DNA from: Selaginella moellendorffii
Taxonomy: Eukaryota > Plantae > Lycopodiophyta
Assembly (NCBI RefSeq): GCF_000143415.4
Contig: NW_003314261.1
Span: forward strand, 5,792,360 to 5,856,359
Direction: 5' to 3'
Length of the DNA stretch: 64,000 nucleotides
Shown: positions 36,530 to 52,195 of the stretch, piece after piece
Layout: each line of letters starts with the position of its first letter
How positions within the stretch are numbered: position 1 is the stretch's first letter
The notes under the pieces: model-generated
The model's input: only the letters and a program-made list of their open reading frames with translations
What the model was told of the DNA's origin: nothing
Databases searched by the model: none
Position numbers and translations under genes: made by a program

Positions 36530-38786
36530 TCACAAGTAAGCTGAGAAGTCCACCCTACGTCGATTGCTGTGTGTGGGGAACCATACCGCCGCAGCTGTCG
36601 CGTAGCCGTCGTAATTCCTCCTAAAGGCTGATGACGACTCCGCGGTGGAGTTGACATCACTGTCCATCATCTCGACCGCCTGCTGATGCTGCTGCTGGGG
36701 TTGCTGCAGCTGCAGCTGAGGGAATTGCTGCTGCTGGGGATGCTGCTCCTGTCTGTGGTTGGCGGGATGAAAATCTTCCCCCGGCCCCGCCAGCGCAAAG
36801 TTGTGCTGCTGCGGCTGAAGATGGTGGTGGTGGTGGTGGTGGTGATGATGGATCCGGCTGGACCCGGACCGCAGCGTGTTAAAGTCAGGGAGGAGCGTTG
36901 GAACGATCTGATCCGGGTGTGAGGTATCCGAACATCGGTCTCGCTGCTGCTGCTGCTGGTTTTGGCGCTCCATCACCATCTGGTCGTTTGATCGTCGCTG
37001 GTGCCCGTTGCTACCGCCATAGTCTCTGATCTGCTGCTCGCCATTGTCACTGTTTATCTCCGGCGGCTCCGGCGTCCCACTGCCGCTGCTGATACTGTTA
37101 CTGTTGTGCTCCCACATGTCCCGCAGCCCCCGCTGCAGCCGCTCCCGCGCCGCCGCGATCTCCACCACCGGCCTCGGGTAGTTGCAGCCCAGCTCGATCC
37201 CCGCCGCGCACAGCACGCTCGGGGGCGCGTTCCACGGCTCGTGGATCCACTCCGTCGGCAGCCTCGACAGCTCCGGCAGCCACTTCCGGACGTAGTTGCC
37301 ATCCGGATCGAACCGCCGCCCCTCGACCTGCACAAAACCCCGGGTTTGCTCTTAGAGAGAGAAAAGATGGCGGGCAATGGAGGCTTACGTGTGGGATCTC
37401 CATGCGGTCCAGCTCGTGGCCGTCCGGGAGGCTCCCGGAGATGTACTGCCACCCGAGGATGTCCGACTCGAGGTCCGCGTCCAGCAGCGTGTCCCAGAAG
37501 TACTTCATCCCCCAGCGCCACGGGAGCTGGAGGAACTTGACGCAGAAGCTCGAGACGATGACGCGGATCCGGTTGTGGAGCCAGCCCGTCGCCCAAAGCT
37601 CGCGCATCCCGGCGTCGACGAGAGGATACCCAGTTCGCCCCTGCCGCCACGCCTTGAAGAACCCCTCGTCAACTCTCCAGGGGAAGTGTCTCAGGTGCCC
37701 CAGCAGCGATCGCTCGTGAGTGAAGGGGAAGTGGAAGCACAGGTACCTCGAGTACTCGCGGTAGCCGAGCGCTCGCAGGAACAAGCTCGCGCTGCGCTCC
37801 GCGGGCTGCCTGCCGTCGGTGATCCACAGCAGCTGCTTGCTGCGCACGGCGTGGAACACCTTCCGGATGCTCAGCTCGCCGTAGTGCAAGTGCGGCGAGA
37901 GCATGGACGTGGTGCCACCGTCCACCTTGCCGCGGTTGTCGCCATAGTCGGCCAGCGGCCCGGCCAGGAACGCGTCCAGGGCCTTGTTGGCGTTGCTCCA
38001 GCCGGGCGTCCAAGTCCGGGCCAGCATCGCGTTGCTGCTCTTCTCGAAGTCGTCCTCGAGGCCGAGCTCCTCGGCTGGGAGGCCAAGGTGGCCGAGCCCC
38101 GGCTCGGCTGGCGGGGAGAGGCGCTTTGGCGGGAGTAGTGGGCCGTCGGGTTCGTGGTCCATGCCGAGGTAGCGCTGCCAAAACAATTGAAAGTGTGTAT
38201 ATGGATTGCCTCGCGCGTCGAAGAGCTCCCACGGCTCGTAGAGGAGATCCGCGTTGAAGGTCTGTACGGTGATGCCGTACTGCGAGAGCCCGTGCTTTAC
38301 GTGGTGGTCTCGGATGAGCGACACGGGATCTGTGGAGGAACAGGAGCGAAAGAGTTAGATCATAAGAGAAGTTGGCTATCGAAAGACAACTTGGAGGAAC
38401 TGGAGAGAACTCGAGGAACTATAGGCTATACAAAGTTTCTACCTAGGAAAGATGGAAAATCCATGGTGCTCACCATAGAGGTGATTGTAGAAAACCTGAG
38501 TAGCTTTGGTGTCCCTGGCGATCTGGAGCAGTGCGTTGAGGCTGCTGCCGCGGGACTTTTGCATCAAGAGCGGGCAGCCGAGCTTGGCGAGTGAGGAATT
38601 CAGGTGCATCAAGCTTTGCTTGAGCCACCATCGCGACACTCTCCCCGGGCGGAACTCTCCCTCCTCCTCAGCGCACCAGATGAACAGCGGAACCACGGCC
38701 CCGGCCTTGGACGCCGCCGCCAGCGCCGGATTGTCCTCCACTCGCAGATCTCGCCGAAACCACACGATGGTTGTGCTGCTACCCAT
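36530..38786 (-). CDS. CRY: Plant cryptochrome (blue-light receptor), 3 exons
   Basis: IVWFRRDLRVEDNPAL, PGRVSRWWLKQSL, TSMLSPHLHYGE, WRQGRTGYPLVDAGMRELWATGW, ADLESDILGWQYISG; CCE domain with DQIVP and STAESSS. Confidence 0.96.
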
Positions 38787-40695
38787 CTCTTTCTCTTTCT
38801 CTCGCACTCCCTCTCTCTTACGTTAAGCTTGGTCTCACTCTCTCTCTCTCTCTCCCCTCCCCTGTTTTAGCGACTGAAAGCGATGATCAGCGACCTGGGC
38901 GGTGAAATGCGAGCGCGATTTCAGTCATGCTCGGCTCCCAGCCCCGAATATGGCATTGGGCAGAGGCCGATTAGAGATTCCCCGGCCCAGCGGTGCGCCA
39001 TACCTTGTCTTCTCACTCCAGGTGCTTTCCTGGCTCCTTTTGCCTCGCTCTCTTCTTGGGTCGCGGAATCCATAGCTGTTCCAGCTGCCCAGCTAGCGCA
39101 TTCCGTGCCTTCTTTCTCTTTTTTCGCTTTTCCACTGCCTCGCCAATCCACAAGGAAGAGAGAGAAAGAGAGGGAAAGAAAAAAAAAGGCTTATCTCTTC
39201 CACTGCTTTGTCCAGTTGCTGAGCCAGCTTGTGGATAGTAGTAAGAAGATGGGTCTGCCAAACAGCGCATTAGGGCACACTGTGATCAGCGCCACGTCTA
39301 CGTCCCTATAGCGCCACACCACCGCGTGCAGTGCCACGGCTAATGTTACTCTCCACTCTTTGCTCGATGATTTAGAGATATTCTTCCTGTCGCCCTTGCA
39401 TGGGGCATTTTCTGGTACATGGATTGGAATATGCCATTCATGGAAGAGCAGTCACCCGTGGACGAATTACGAGGCGCCAGGTGGACGGACCAGTGGCGAT
39501 TCACGCGCAGCCATGTCGGAGCTTTTGTACAATGACGAGCGCTGCCGTCATCTCTAAGCGGGAGGTGAGCCTATCGTCTAGAATTTGCGTCTTGCTAGGC
39601 CTATCTCGCACTCTTTGCGATCGATCTTACCTCGTTGGAGGAGCTCCGCTTTTTATTCATTGCTGTTCATATGAAACCACCTTCTTATTTTCCTAGTTTT
39701 TCTCTTTATCTATAGTATTTTCTTTTCTTGGCACATTAATTATTTGTGACTCTTATAATTCTCATTTCCAGTCTGGTGGTCCTTTTTATCTTAATGCTAA
39801 GCATATGCATAAAGTTGAGAATTTTATTTAATTTTTTGTCTTTGATCAATTTTAATGTTGAGTATTTCCCTATTCCAAAAGTTAAATCACTTTTAAGTTT
39901 TGGGTTGATTACATATCATTGGTTATAAGTGTGAGTTCATGCTGAAATCTATCAGGAAAGAACAAAGGTCGATCAAATAGTAATCTAAGTTAAAATTTTG
40001 ATATATTACTAAAAACTTAAATTTAGTTGAATAAAATTTTAATCCTCGGGATCTAATTTTATAATAAAAACTTTATGCTGACCAAGCCACCTTTTTCGAT
40101 TATTATTACATGGGTGACTGGCGCTCAAATGGAGTCATTAGACCACAGTGCAATGGATGCAAATGTAAACCTCAAAGGATTGAGAAGTCAAAGGCCCGCC
40201 ACCTCCTACTATTAAAAGAAGATCAATAAAAAAGAAAGCCTTCAATGCAAAAACAAGAAAATAAATCAATCTAAGTCACAAGATCTCGTCAAGAATGCCG
40301 TGTCAATGTTGTTTTCGATTGCATGATTGTGCTGTGCAGAGCTGTCTATGAAGTGAGAGTCTCCCCGCGGTTTCTTGCTTCCAAAGCGTAAAACGAATAT
40401 ACCCAGCGCCAGCGGAATATGCTGGGGCTTAGCTGAATATTCGCAACCTCTTTTTCTCTTAGCAGACCCTTTGAGAGAATATGCCGGCGCGATGACAAAA
40501 ATGGCGTGAAAAAGGTAATTCCTTTGTCTAATGGGACGTGGCACGTTAGTGTTTAAACGATCGCTAGGCTAAACCTCTTTTTGTAGGTGAGGGAAATTCT
40601 AGGTAGCGCGCGAGCGAGAAATCGGCGAGAGGGAGAGCGCGAGGAGAAGATCGACTTGAGATCACGGAGAGAGTGTAGCTAGGAAGAGAGCGGCT

Positions 40696-43077
40696 ATGGC
40701 GCCAGCAGCTGCCGTGGATTCGTCGCCGCTCCAGGATTGGAGCGACGAGATGGAAAGCAATGGAGATTTCGAGCTTGCGAGCAGCAGCGGGAATGGATCG
40801 GGGGCTCCTGGCGCGCCGGATCACGGCTGGCACAAGGTGACAAACCCTAAGAAGCAGCGGCTGCGGGAGAGGAAGCTCAAGGCCGAGGGGGGAGGAGGAG
40901 GCGAAGGGGGCGCTGGGTTAGGTCAAGATGGGAAGAACTCCTCCAAGGCGTTTGAGGCGCTGGAGAAGGAGGCGGAGGCGCGAACCGAGCGGCGCAAGTC
41001 GAGGAAGGCTGCATGGAGCGCCAGTGTCGCCGCCGCTGCCATCCCCGCCGCGAATGGCGTCCATCATCCTCACGGCAGCGACGATGAGGAGCAAGGTAGC
41101 GATGTTGAGTCTAAGAATGCCGCTGTAGGAGGCAGTGCCAATGGAGGCGAGAAGAAAAAAAAGGCAAAGAAGCCAAAGGTTTCTATTGCCGATGCTGCGG
41201 CTGCAATTGACCCAGTGGATCTGGCAGACTATCTCGCCACCTTGTCGGTATGTTCTTCATCGTTTTTTCTTCTTTAGTTTTTCTTTTTTCGAATTCCATG
41301 CATGCTGACACTTGGTTTTCTCCTCCAGGCGTCTTACGACGATATTCAATTGATTCGTTGCGTGGATTACTTCGTCAAGATTTTCTCGCCTGTAAATACG
41401 GTAGAGATCGCGTGGGACAAGATGTCGAGGGATCCGCTGCTCAAGAGCGTCCAGGTGAGAGTTTAAATGCTTCTCGTGATGCTTAGAGACTAATGCTGGC
41501 TGTTTTCCTTCACATTTCAAGGTTCCTATCGGGGATCTTCCTGACAAAGTGTGTAGAGCCACAGCTAACTGGCTGGGACAGAAGTCCGTGGACTCTTTGT
41601 CACAATTCGTCTCCTGGGCCCTGAACGATGTTTTGTTCGAGGCTCAGCCCCAGCAAAAGGGTGGGAAGAGTGGTCCTACGGTTTCCAACAGCACAAAGGT
41701 AGCTAGCCCATGACATTTTGTGGCGCTATTTCTTTATCTCTACACATATATCCTGACCGGTCGCAACCAACTTGCGCGTGTCTTTGGCAGATTGCTGTGC
41801 TCGTTGTTGTGGCCATACTACTGAGAAGAAGGTCCGAAGTGCTACTGGGAATGATGGAAACGCTTCGACAACCGAAGTTTCAAGCTCCACCGAAGCTTTA
41901 CGTACTGGCCTGGATGTACGGCCAGGTTGGTGTTTGATACTGTCCTGTGCTCCGAAGGTTTTAACATTTATCGCAGGTAGCTCGTGAGGATCTGCTTGCT
42001 GGATTATATCTGTGGTCCCATAATCTTCTCCCATTGGCTGTTGGTAGCTCCAGCACTCCTGTTACTCGGGACATTGCTCTCCAGTTTTTTGAGGGGTACG
42101 ATAGCTCTTGTTTATCTCATGACTGATGGTTTGCATTTATTGCAGCTTTGTGATGAAAGACCTCGCTAAGAACCGCCCCTCTCTCTTGACTGGTGCTACA
42201 AGGAAGGAGAGGTTGATTTCTCCTCACGCGCTCATTGCGTGCCTCCATATGGCGTATCCACCCGAGTCGTCTAGAACTAAGGTACAACTACTCATTTTTG
42301 GCGGGCAAGATATTGACATTCGCGTGCAGGCAACGCAAAGGTATTTGGCGATTTATCCCACAGTGAAAGAAATTTCTCTTGGAGGCTCTACTCGCACTCG
42401 AGCACTAAAGACTGTGGCTCAGCAGCTTCTTCCGATGTCCCTTACCGTGGCCGAAGAAGGTAAACTATCTGCATTATCTGAGGGCCTCCCTCATCTAAGC
42501 TTGTCCTGGCAGATGATCCCGAGTTGTCCCTTGAAGGCTGCGATCTATTCAGGTGGTGTTTGTTTCAGTCACCCGACAGCTACAAGCAATGGGTGAGTCC
42601 TGCTTAAGGTTTCTTTGTGACAGACCTTGAACTCTTGTGTCTATCGAACTTGTACTATTGCAGGAGAAGCTCTATCCGGAAAGGTTGAAAGGCAGCGTGC
42701 GTGTCCTAAAGTTCCTTAGGGGCACTTGGAGGGAATCCCAGTCCATGCTCTCGCCACTCAAAGAGTTACAGAGCACGGTGACATCACTAAAGCTCCAGGT
42801 GAGAGCTGGAAATGCCCTTTCCTTTGAGATGTTCGCTAACTCTTGTTTGTATGTGCAGAGTCTCAAGATGAAACAAGATCCCAAGCTGGAAGCCGAGTCG
42901 ATCAAGGCTTTGGATCACTGCAAGTTTCTCCAGAAGAAGATGAGCTTGTGGAATGCGTGCTTGAGCGCGAGCGTCGCTCTGGCGTGCACGGCGGCTGCTG
43001 GCTACGCGTTCTATCTCCTGAGCCCCGACAAGAACCCATGGAACTGGGACGGTAAGATTCTTCTCAGCAATCTATAG
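40696..43077 (+). CDS. Transmembrane protein 214-like (DUF2359), multi-exon
   Basis: DHGWHKVTNPKKQR, KKPKVSIADAAAAIDPVDL, ATRKERLISP, ATQRYLAIYPTVKEISL, C-terminal TM followed by PWNWD. Confidence 0.8.
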
Positions 43078-43340
43078 TTTCTCTCTTCTATCTCGATCGC
43101 AAGCTACCATTGACGACAGCAACACCAAAAGCCAAAAAAAAGGTTCTATGCTCGACGTGATTCAAAGACAAGTTCTTAGATCTTAGAGACGGTGAAGAAA
43201 AAAAAAATTGATCTTTTGGAGTAGAATAGGCGCTTCTCTCTTTTTTTCCTCACCGTTTGTTTCTTCGTAATAATAAGGAATGGAAGTCTTTGCCTTCTGA
43301 GAGGGAAAATTTCGAAATTTTAGGGCTCTTTGTGCTGGTT

Positions 43341-45805
43341 ATGGAGAAGCCGGGGCATCTCAAGGCGGTGGACGTGGTTTGATCGTCGAGGGCTTGATTC
43401 TCGTCTCATTCTTGCTCGATTTGATGCCAGGTGCTGCTTACAGCTCATGAGGCGGAGCACATTGTGGAGAATCTCAAGTGTTTCTCGGTGAAAGAGGCAT
43501 GGATTGTCTTGCATTTCGTTTTTCTGTGAAGTTTTGCTGTCAGGTGGGATGTCCTGCGTGGATGAAGCAACACCGGAAGCTAGAAAAGCTTAATCTCCAG
43601 GTTTGTCTAGATCGCGATCGTTCTGACGCGTGATTCTTTTTGTTTCTTTTGATCAGGCCCATTATAACACTATAGCTCACTGTGACGAGTTCATTATGGA
43701 GGTGAGATCTCGATTCTTGTGTAGATAAACACTTGTTTGATCGTCTTTTCTTCTTTCTTTGTGCTACAGGCTTTGCTTTCGTTTGAAAAGCTAGGAGTTT
43801 TGATTCATGAGCTTCTTGTTATCGAGGTAATACAAATATCTATCTATCTATGGAGCTCACTCGATCGTTGTGACAAGCGTAGATCTGGAAAGAGAAGGTC
43901 TTGCCTCATATAATGAAGCACTTGGCTGGAATGTCATCTACAATAAGGCTGAGCCTGATTTTCTATCAGGAAGTAACAGTTATAAAGTTGTTTGAGGTGC
44001 GATAGACGAAATTTGGAAGCCCGTAGTGTTAACAAGAGTTAGTTTCCCTCGCAGATCATGCTCTTTCACAAGGAAGCGTGTAAAGCACTGGGTAGCAGCA
44101 ACCTTCTTGAGGTATGGTTTCCACTTCTTCTTTTTTGTTGTTATAACTTTTTGTTTCTCGCAGCTTGTTGATTATTGCTATCGAAAACTGGTGTATCTCA
44201 ACACAAATGCTTCAAAAGACGCCGCTTATAAAGGTTTTGCTTAGATCCTTCAAAAAATGCTGAGTCTTAAGAATGGATATTTACCTTTGGATCTTTGGAT
44301 CAATAGAAAGAACTGCCCAGCAAGTCATGTCTCTAAAGCCAGAACTTGAGATGGAAGAAAAGGTTAGTGTCGATTTTACGCAATTCGCTGCCATAGTTGA
44401 ATTGACTTAGAGAGCTTCGGTGACTTCCAGGCTGGCGAGATAGAGTTTGGCTGTGCCATCGCGTCCTTGACAATTTTGCGGTACATGCTGTCTGCTGTTG
44501 CTGATAACATAAAACGTGAACGTTTCTAATCAAAGGCATGAGCTGATTCACTCTCTGACTTTTGATCATTTCTTTTTCTTGTTTTTGTTTATCTAGGTAC
44601 TTCAGCGATTATGTCAATGATCTTCCTCCAGGAGTGATGGTTAGATCGACAATCAGGTGTTATTATATCATTCTGAGCTATGAATGCACAGGCCCGGCTG
44701 ATTGACACGCATGATGTGATTATGGGGCTTGTCAACCTTGTGGAGTCCCCCCCATGGGAAAGACGAAGAAATCTTAAAGCCAAAGTCGTGGTACGTTTTA
44801 CAAAGTATCAGCTCAGAACATTTTTCTTCTTTTGAATTTGGAATACTAGACAGAAAAGTATGAGGAAGGAAAATGGGTTGAGGTTCCTCCACAAGATCGG
44901 TTCAGGATTTTCAAGTCTGAAGCACAAGTAATTCTTAATTCCTCTCGAATTGTCAAGGCGATTGAGTGTCGATCTCTGCAGGTCTGGCTGGCATTGAATA
45001 ATCTTGTTGCAGACATTCAGTGCCGTGCTAGATACACCTACGATGATTTCCGCCAGGCTCAAGTCTTGAAGGTAGAAGGTTCTCTTCCTTGTCTTCTGTC
45101 CTGCCTGACACTGGGATCCACTCCAGCTGCGAAAGTATCTGAATGAAATGGTGCTGGAGCAGCTGCCGGTTTTGAAGGATTTACAATGGGTAACACTGTA
45201 GCTGAAATCACCGATTCAGCATTTGTGTTTATACAGGCTTTAGAAGAAATTTCTCTCAAAGTGTTTGCGACGGAGGAGGACCGAAGAACTGCACACTTGA
45301 TCATGGAGGAGGTACGAATACCAGAGATCTCGATGTTACAAAGGCGTTGACATTGACGACATTACTTCAGATACCGGAAATGAGAACAGCGCTGCTTGCC
45401 AGACGAGACTGGAGTAAGCTTAGTTTTCGAAAAAAGAAGTTGGCAAATGCTCGTGTCCTCTTGTTTTCTCAGGACAACTTGCTGAAGATCAGATAGAGAT
45501 GATACGATCCGACCCACGATTGAGTGGCGATTCCCCGGCAGAGCTGGACGAACTAATGCGGATGTTCCAGTTTGGCGAGTCCATGGATACGCCCAAGTGC
45601 GCAGCTTGCGGCGCTCCAGCGGAGAAACGATGCTCACGCTGTAAAAATGATTGGTGAGCTTGCAAAATTCGATCGATTCCAAGAGAAATTTGTAAAACGT
45701 TTTTGCTCTTCCAGGTATTGTGGTCGGAGCTGCCAAGTCGCAAACTGGAAGATCCACAAGAAGATATGTGACTTGGTCTCAAGCGCTAACACGAAGAGCT
45801 CCTAG
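43341..45805 (+). CDS. ZMYND10: Zinc finger MYND domain protein 10 (axonemal dynein assembly factor), many micro-exons
   Basis: Spliced exons EAEHIVENL..|VGCPAWMKQHRKLEKLNLQ|AH..DEFIME|..EKLGVLIHELLVIE|IWKEKVLP, LVDYCYRKL, LVESPPW, EAQ|VWLALNNL, LNEMVLEQLPVLKDLQ; MYND finger KCAACGAPAEKRCSRCKNDW|YCGRSCQVANWKIHKKIC. Confidence 0.9.
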
Positions 45806-45903
45806 CCTAGCGACGCTTTAGCGCCAACGTTTGAATTTAAACGTGGAGCTGACGGGGCTGCTGACGTGGATCCTACGCGGGTGCTGTCCCCAAAACCCTG
45901 GCT

Positions 45904-48900
45904 ATGGCCGCGCTAGCGAGCTCGTGCTGCTGCGCGTTTAGGTTCCGCCGGGAGAAATGCCGCGCGGTTCTCGGGTGTGGCGAGCGGCGCCTGGCGCCTG
46001 GCAATGCCGCTGGATTGATCGTATTGATGGGATGCGTTCCTTGCGAAATAGGCGCCTCGCGGCTTGTTCTTGTGAAAGCGTCGGCGGCAGGGGCATCCAG
46101 TGATGAGCCACTACCCGCTGGTAAGTAGTTTCGATTCGACTGCGCAACGATCTTACTAGTCATAGTTCTTGGATTTAAGATCCAGCAGCTAAACGCTCGC
46201 GCTCGACGAAGAAATCCAATGTGGAAGGGGGAACCCAGGCTCCAAAGAAGGCTTCTGCGAGGAAGAAGAAAACCACCGATTCTTCGGAAGAACAGGCTGA
46301 GTCGCTAGGGGGTGGTGGAACTTCTACCATCCAGCGAGACAACGAGTTTGCTGCGACCAGGAGCTTGTACAGGAAGGTGATGAATGCCGAGGAGAAAGAG
46401 CTCCGTTTCTACTTCCTCGAGTCGCTCATGGAGAACGCGAGGAGTGGCAACATTGATGGTGTGGAGGAGGTCATGTCCGAGATGGACGTTGTTGGATTGA
46501 AACCGGGGCCTCGATCCTTCCATGGCCTCGTTGCTGCTTACGCTCAAGCGAATGACGTTGAAGGAGCGGTAAGTTTCTCTCCTTTTTCTTCCTCTCCGCT
46601 AGAGATTACGAGATGGCTACTTATCTTTTCTCTTTTCTTTCAGTGCAGCTTCAGGCTTTGAGGAAGGAAATCGCGTCGGGAGAGACGCCTTTGCAAGAGA
46701 CTTTCGTTGCCGTCGCGAGGCTGCTTGGACGTGCTGGCCTTCGTGATCGAGCGGAGAAAATTCTCGGAGCTATTGAAGGTGCAAACCTGGATACTCGTAC
46801 TGCTTGGGTGGTGACTTGTGGTACGTTTTTTATTCTTCTTTATCTTTTCCGTTGTTGAATGGTTCTGGATTCTGCGCAGAGGAGCTTTTCAATGCTGGAT
46901 ACTTGAACGAAGCAAATGACCTTTTTATGAAAGGTGCAAATGGTGGTTTCAGAGCCAGTGAGCATTTGTACGACATATTGGTCGAGGAAAACTGCAAAAC
47001 CGGCAAGCATGGTGTTGCCATAAATATTTTGAGGTCGATGGAATCAAGAGGAAGGCTGGCCACTACCTTCCATTACAATTGTTTGCTTCTTGCTCAGGTA
47101 AAAGTTTTTAAAATCTTGGTTTCTATTTACACTTTTGACAGGGAAATGCCAATTTTCCAGACATTGCAGAAGACACTTTTGAAGAGATGCAGTACCTAAG
47201 ACGTGAGTCCATACGTTTTACGTGCTCAATGACTCACAAAGTGCCTTGTGCTTGCAGCGGACACGAAACCCGATACCGAGTCATTTAACCTTATGATACA
47301 AGCTCAAACACGTTGTGACAACGGAGAAAGGTGTGTTTGGTCACGCGTATAGAGATGCTAACGTCCTTCCATTCACAGGGTTCATGAAGTCATAGTGCTG
47401 ATAGGACACATGACGGAGCTGTATCCTCAAGTGAAGCCAAATGCTCGAACATATGCGTAAGTGAGTCTAATCATTATAAACATTTCCTGTTTCCTACGTT
47501 CGATATGCAGACTGATCGTTGAATGCTACGTGAAATTTAACTTCATGGACGAGGCAATGCGTCATTTTCGGGCTCTCACAAAATTATTCCCAGGTTCTCT
47601 ACACGTTCTCCATTGTGATGGGAAGCACGGTGATCCTCTCTCGCTGCTGATACGCTCGCTTTGCTTGGAAGGTAACTTGGAAAAAAAATGGATTCTGTGT
47701 TCATTGCTATTGCTTAAGCAGGTAGAATTGTACAGCTTGTCGAAGTTTTGGATTTGATGCTACAAGAAGGCCTGAAATTAACTCCAAGAGCTATGTTTAT
47801 GAATCGAAAGGGACGCACGTTGGTAAGCTCGTGGATTGAGCCCATGCAGGAGGAAGCAGACATAGGATGCGAAATTGATTTTGTTGCACGGTCAGTTTTC
47901 TTTCTTACAGTTTATTTCATGCTCTTGATACGAAGCTTGTAATTTGCAGTTACATAGCAGAAGGTGGTCTAACTGGCACACGGAGAAGATGGACGCCCGC
48001 TGCTCGTAAGGATCCAAACAGGATTCTACCCGATTATGATGGCTACAGATTTTCACCTCCAGTGGAGAAGTCTTACAAACAGTACTGCAGCATAAAGCGA
48101 CAAGAATATAAGCGAAAGCTGATCCATTTGTTGCAATTTGAAGGCGTCTATGCCTTGGGGGAAAATGCCAGGGAAGAAGAGTACACTGCAATACTAGAGA
48201 GGCTGAAAAAAGAGAACGTCCGGAAGAGACTTAGTGACGTTCGCAAGCCCAAGGCAGCAAGTAAGCTTTCTGTTGCTGAAATGAAGGAAGAACTTGAAGC
48301 TCAGGGACTTCCAACGGACGGGAACAGAAGGCTCCTGTATCAAAGGGTTCAAAAGGCGCGCAGGATAAATCTGGCCAAAGGAGCGCCTTTGTGGATGCCA
48401 CCGGAAGAAGAAACTATCGAAGAGGTCTGTCTTCTCAAGCAATTTTTTAAAATTCTTTTTCTAAGGCTTCCATCGTTGTATTGCAGGTAGATGAAGAGTT
48501 TGAAACAGTCTTGGCTAAAATAGATCTGAGAAACCCGAGACAACAATATCGACGAAAATGCTTTATTGAAGGAGTGGGACTTGAAAACTTGTACAAAGAA
48601 AATCCACGAATGGTGATCGAGGAGTCGGACAGCGAGATGGAGGAGGACGCTGAAGCAGAGTCACGAGAGGTAGAAGGACATGTAGTCAGGGAAGACGAAG
48701 AAGAGATTATTCAACCCGTTGACGGTGGTGAGGTTGATGAAACAACAGAAGCATCGAAAGCAACAGACGACGAAGACGAAGAAGAGGAGGAAGTCGTGGT
48801 AAGTGCTCCAAGATTCCTTCTACATTTGTGAGGATCACATTTTCGCTTTTGTAGGAGGTGAGCCCTGCTGTAGTTGGCAATGAACCAGCGTCGGACAACA

Positions 48901-49487
48901 TCGAGGGAGCCTACAAGCCATTGACGCTGGAAGAGAAGCGTGCGGAGCTTGCTGCAATGAAGTTCGACTTTAGAGAAATGGACGAGATTGAGGAGATATG
49001 GGGATGGACCTGGGAGAGAGATCTACAAGCTCAACCTCCGGAGATATGGACGCGCAAGCGCGAAGTTGAGCTGAGCATTCAGCTGCTGGACAAGGCAAGT
49101 TTCGTCCTTACGATTTTTCGAGCTTTGGAGGTGCTAAATACTTTGTCTCCTCAGGTTCTCGAGCTGGGAGGAAGTCCTACGTTAAGCGACTGCGCCATGC
49201 TTGTCCGGAACGCGATGAAACTCCCATGGCCGGAATCAGTCGTCACGCTGATCAGAAAGTCTCACAAATGTGGACACAAATTTGGAAGGCAAGTGCTTAG
49301 CTTCTAAAGTTTTTGTTCTTCTCAAAGTTTTTGCTCTCTCTCTCGCAGCAAGCTCTACGAGGACGCGGTTATGTCGTGCTTGTCCGTCCAAGAGAACGAT
49401 GCCGCCATCGCCATTCTCACAGACATGGAAGAGTCGGGAGTTAGCACTCCAAACGAGCTGCTAGGCCGGGTCCTTCCAGATAACTAA
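45904..49487 (+). CDS. PTAC3: Plastid transcriptionally active chromosome protein 3 (PEP-associated; PPR-like repeats and SAP domain)
   Basis: GLKPGPRSFHGLV, GRLATTFHYNCLL, RKGRTLVSSWIEPMQEEA, KPKAASKLSVAEMKEELEAQGLPTDGNRRLLYQRVQKARRIN, WGWTWERDL, LELGGSPTLSDCAM. Confidence 0.93.
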
Positions 49488-49540
49488 TCTAAAATCTCCC
49501 ATTAGACACGTGGCATAAGCTAGGGTTTTGGGGCTTGGCA

Positions 49541-51619
<2,079 letters not shown>

Positions 51620-51625
51620 CGTAGT

Positions 51626-52195
51626 TTAGAGGGACCGAAGGAGGACTGTAAGAGACATGAATAGGACTACGGATGATGCAGCTGTGACAGTTGAGAGCAG
51701 GGACAAGATTATAAGAACTTTGCTCGGCCTCATATTCAGCAGCTGTTCGTGTAGGAGTCCCAGAAGTAGCGATATCTCTAGTTGGATAGCAGGATAGCAG
51801 TTCTTCTCCCAAGGCATCCACTCCGACTTTGAAGCTTCGTCAGAATTAGCACCATCTTCTCGCAGCTGGACCTGGCGAATCCTTTCTCTCAGCAGCAGCA
51901 TGTCACTAGCAAAGTTTGTGCTACTGAACCCGTCTACGGCTGAGTACTCACCGCGACTTTCCGACACCTTTACCTCACGGATTCGTTCACTCAGCAGCCG
52001 CATCTCCCTTTTCAAACCATCTGCACTGAAGCGACTATCGGAAGAAGAAAACGAAGACGAACTAAAGTCTAGAGACATCTGGACTCTGGCACGCCTAGTG
52101 CGATGGAGAACGGGCCTAGAACGGCACAGGTTTTTCCTCAGCGTCCTAGAATTCACAAGGAGCAGAGCTGATGAAGAGCTACTGAGAAGATCCAT
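51626..52195 (-). CDS. Uncharacterised conserved plant protein, likely plastid-targeted, with a C-terminal TM segment
   Basis: 189-aa intronless ORF; M..LRERI...EWMPWEK...LLNMRPS motif; S/R-rich N-terminus. Confidence 0.7.
   Translation of the reverse strand: MDLLSSSSSALLLVNSRTLRKNLCRSRPVLHRTRRARVQMSLDFSSSSFSSSDSRFSADGLKREMRLLSERIREVKVSESRGEYSAVDGFSSTNFASDMLLLRERIRQVQLREDGANSDEASKSEWMPWEKNCYPAIQLEISLLLGLLHEQLLNMRPSKVLIILSLLSTVTAASSVVLFMSLTVLLRSL

Noticed and set aside
39680-40130. AT-rich island between CRY and TMEM214
   Set aside because: No TIR/TSD or ORF recognised.
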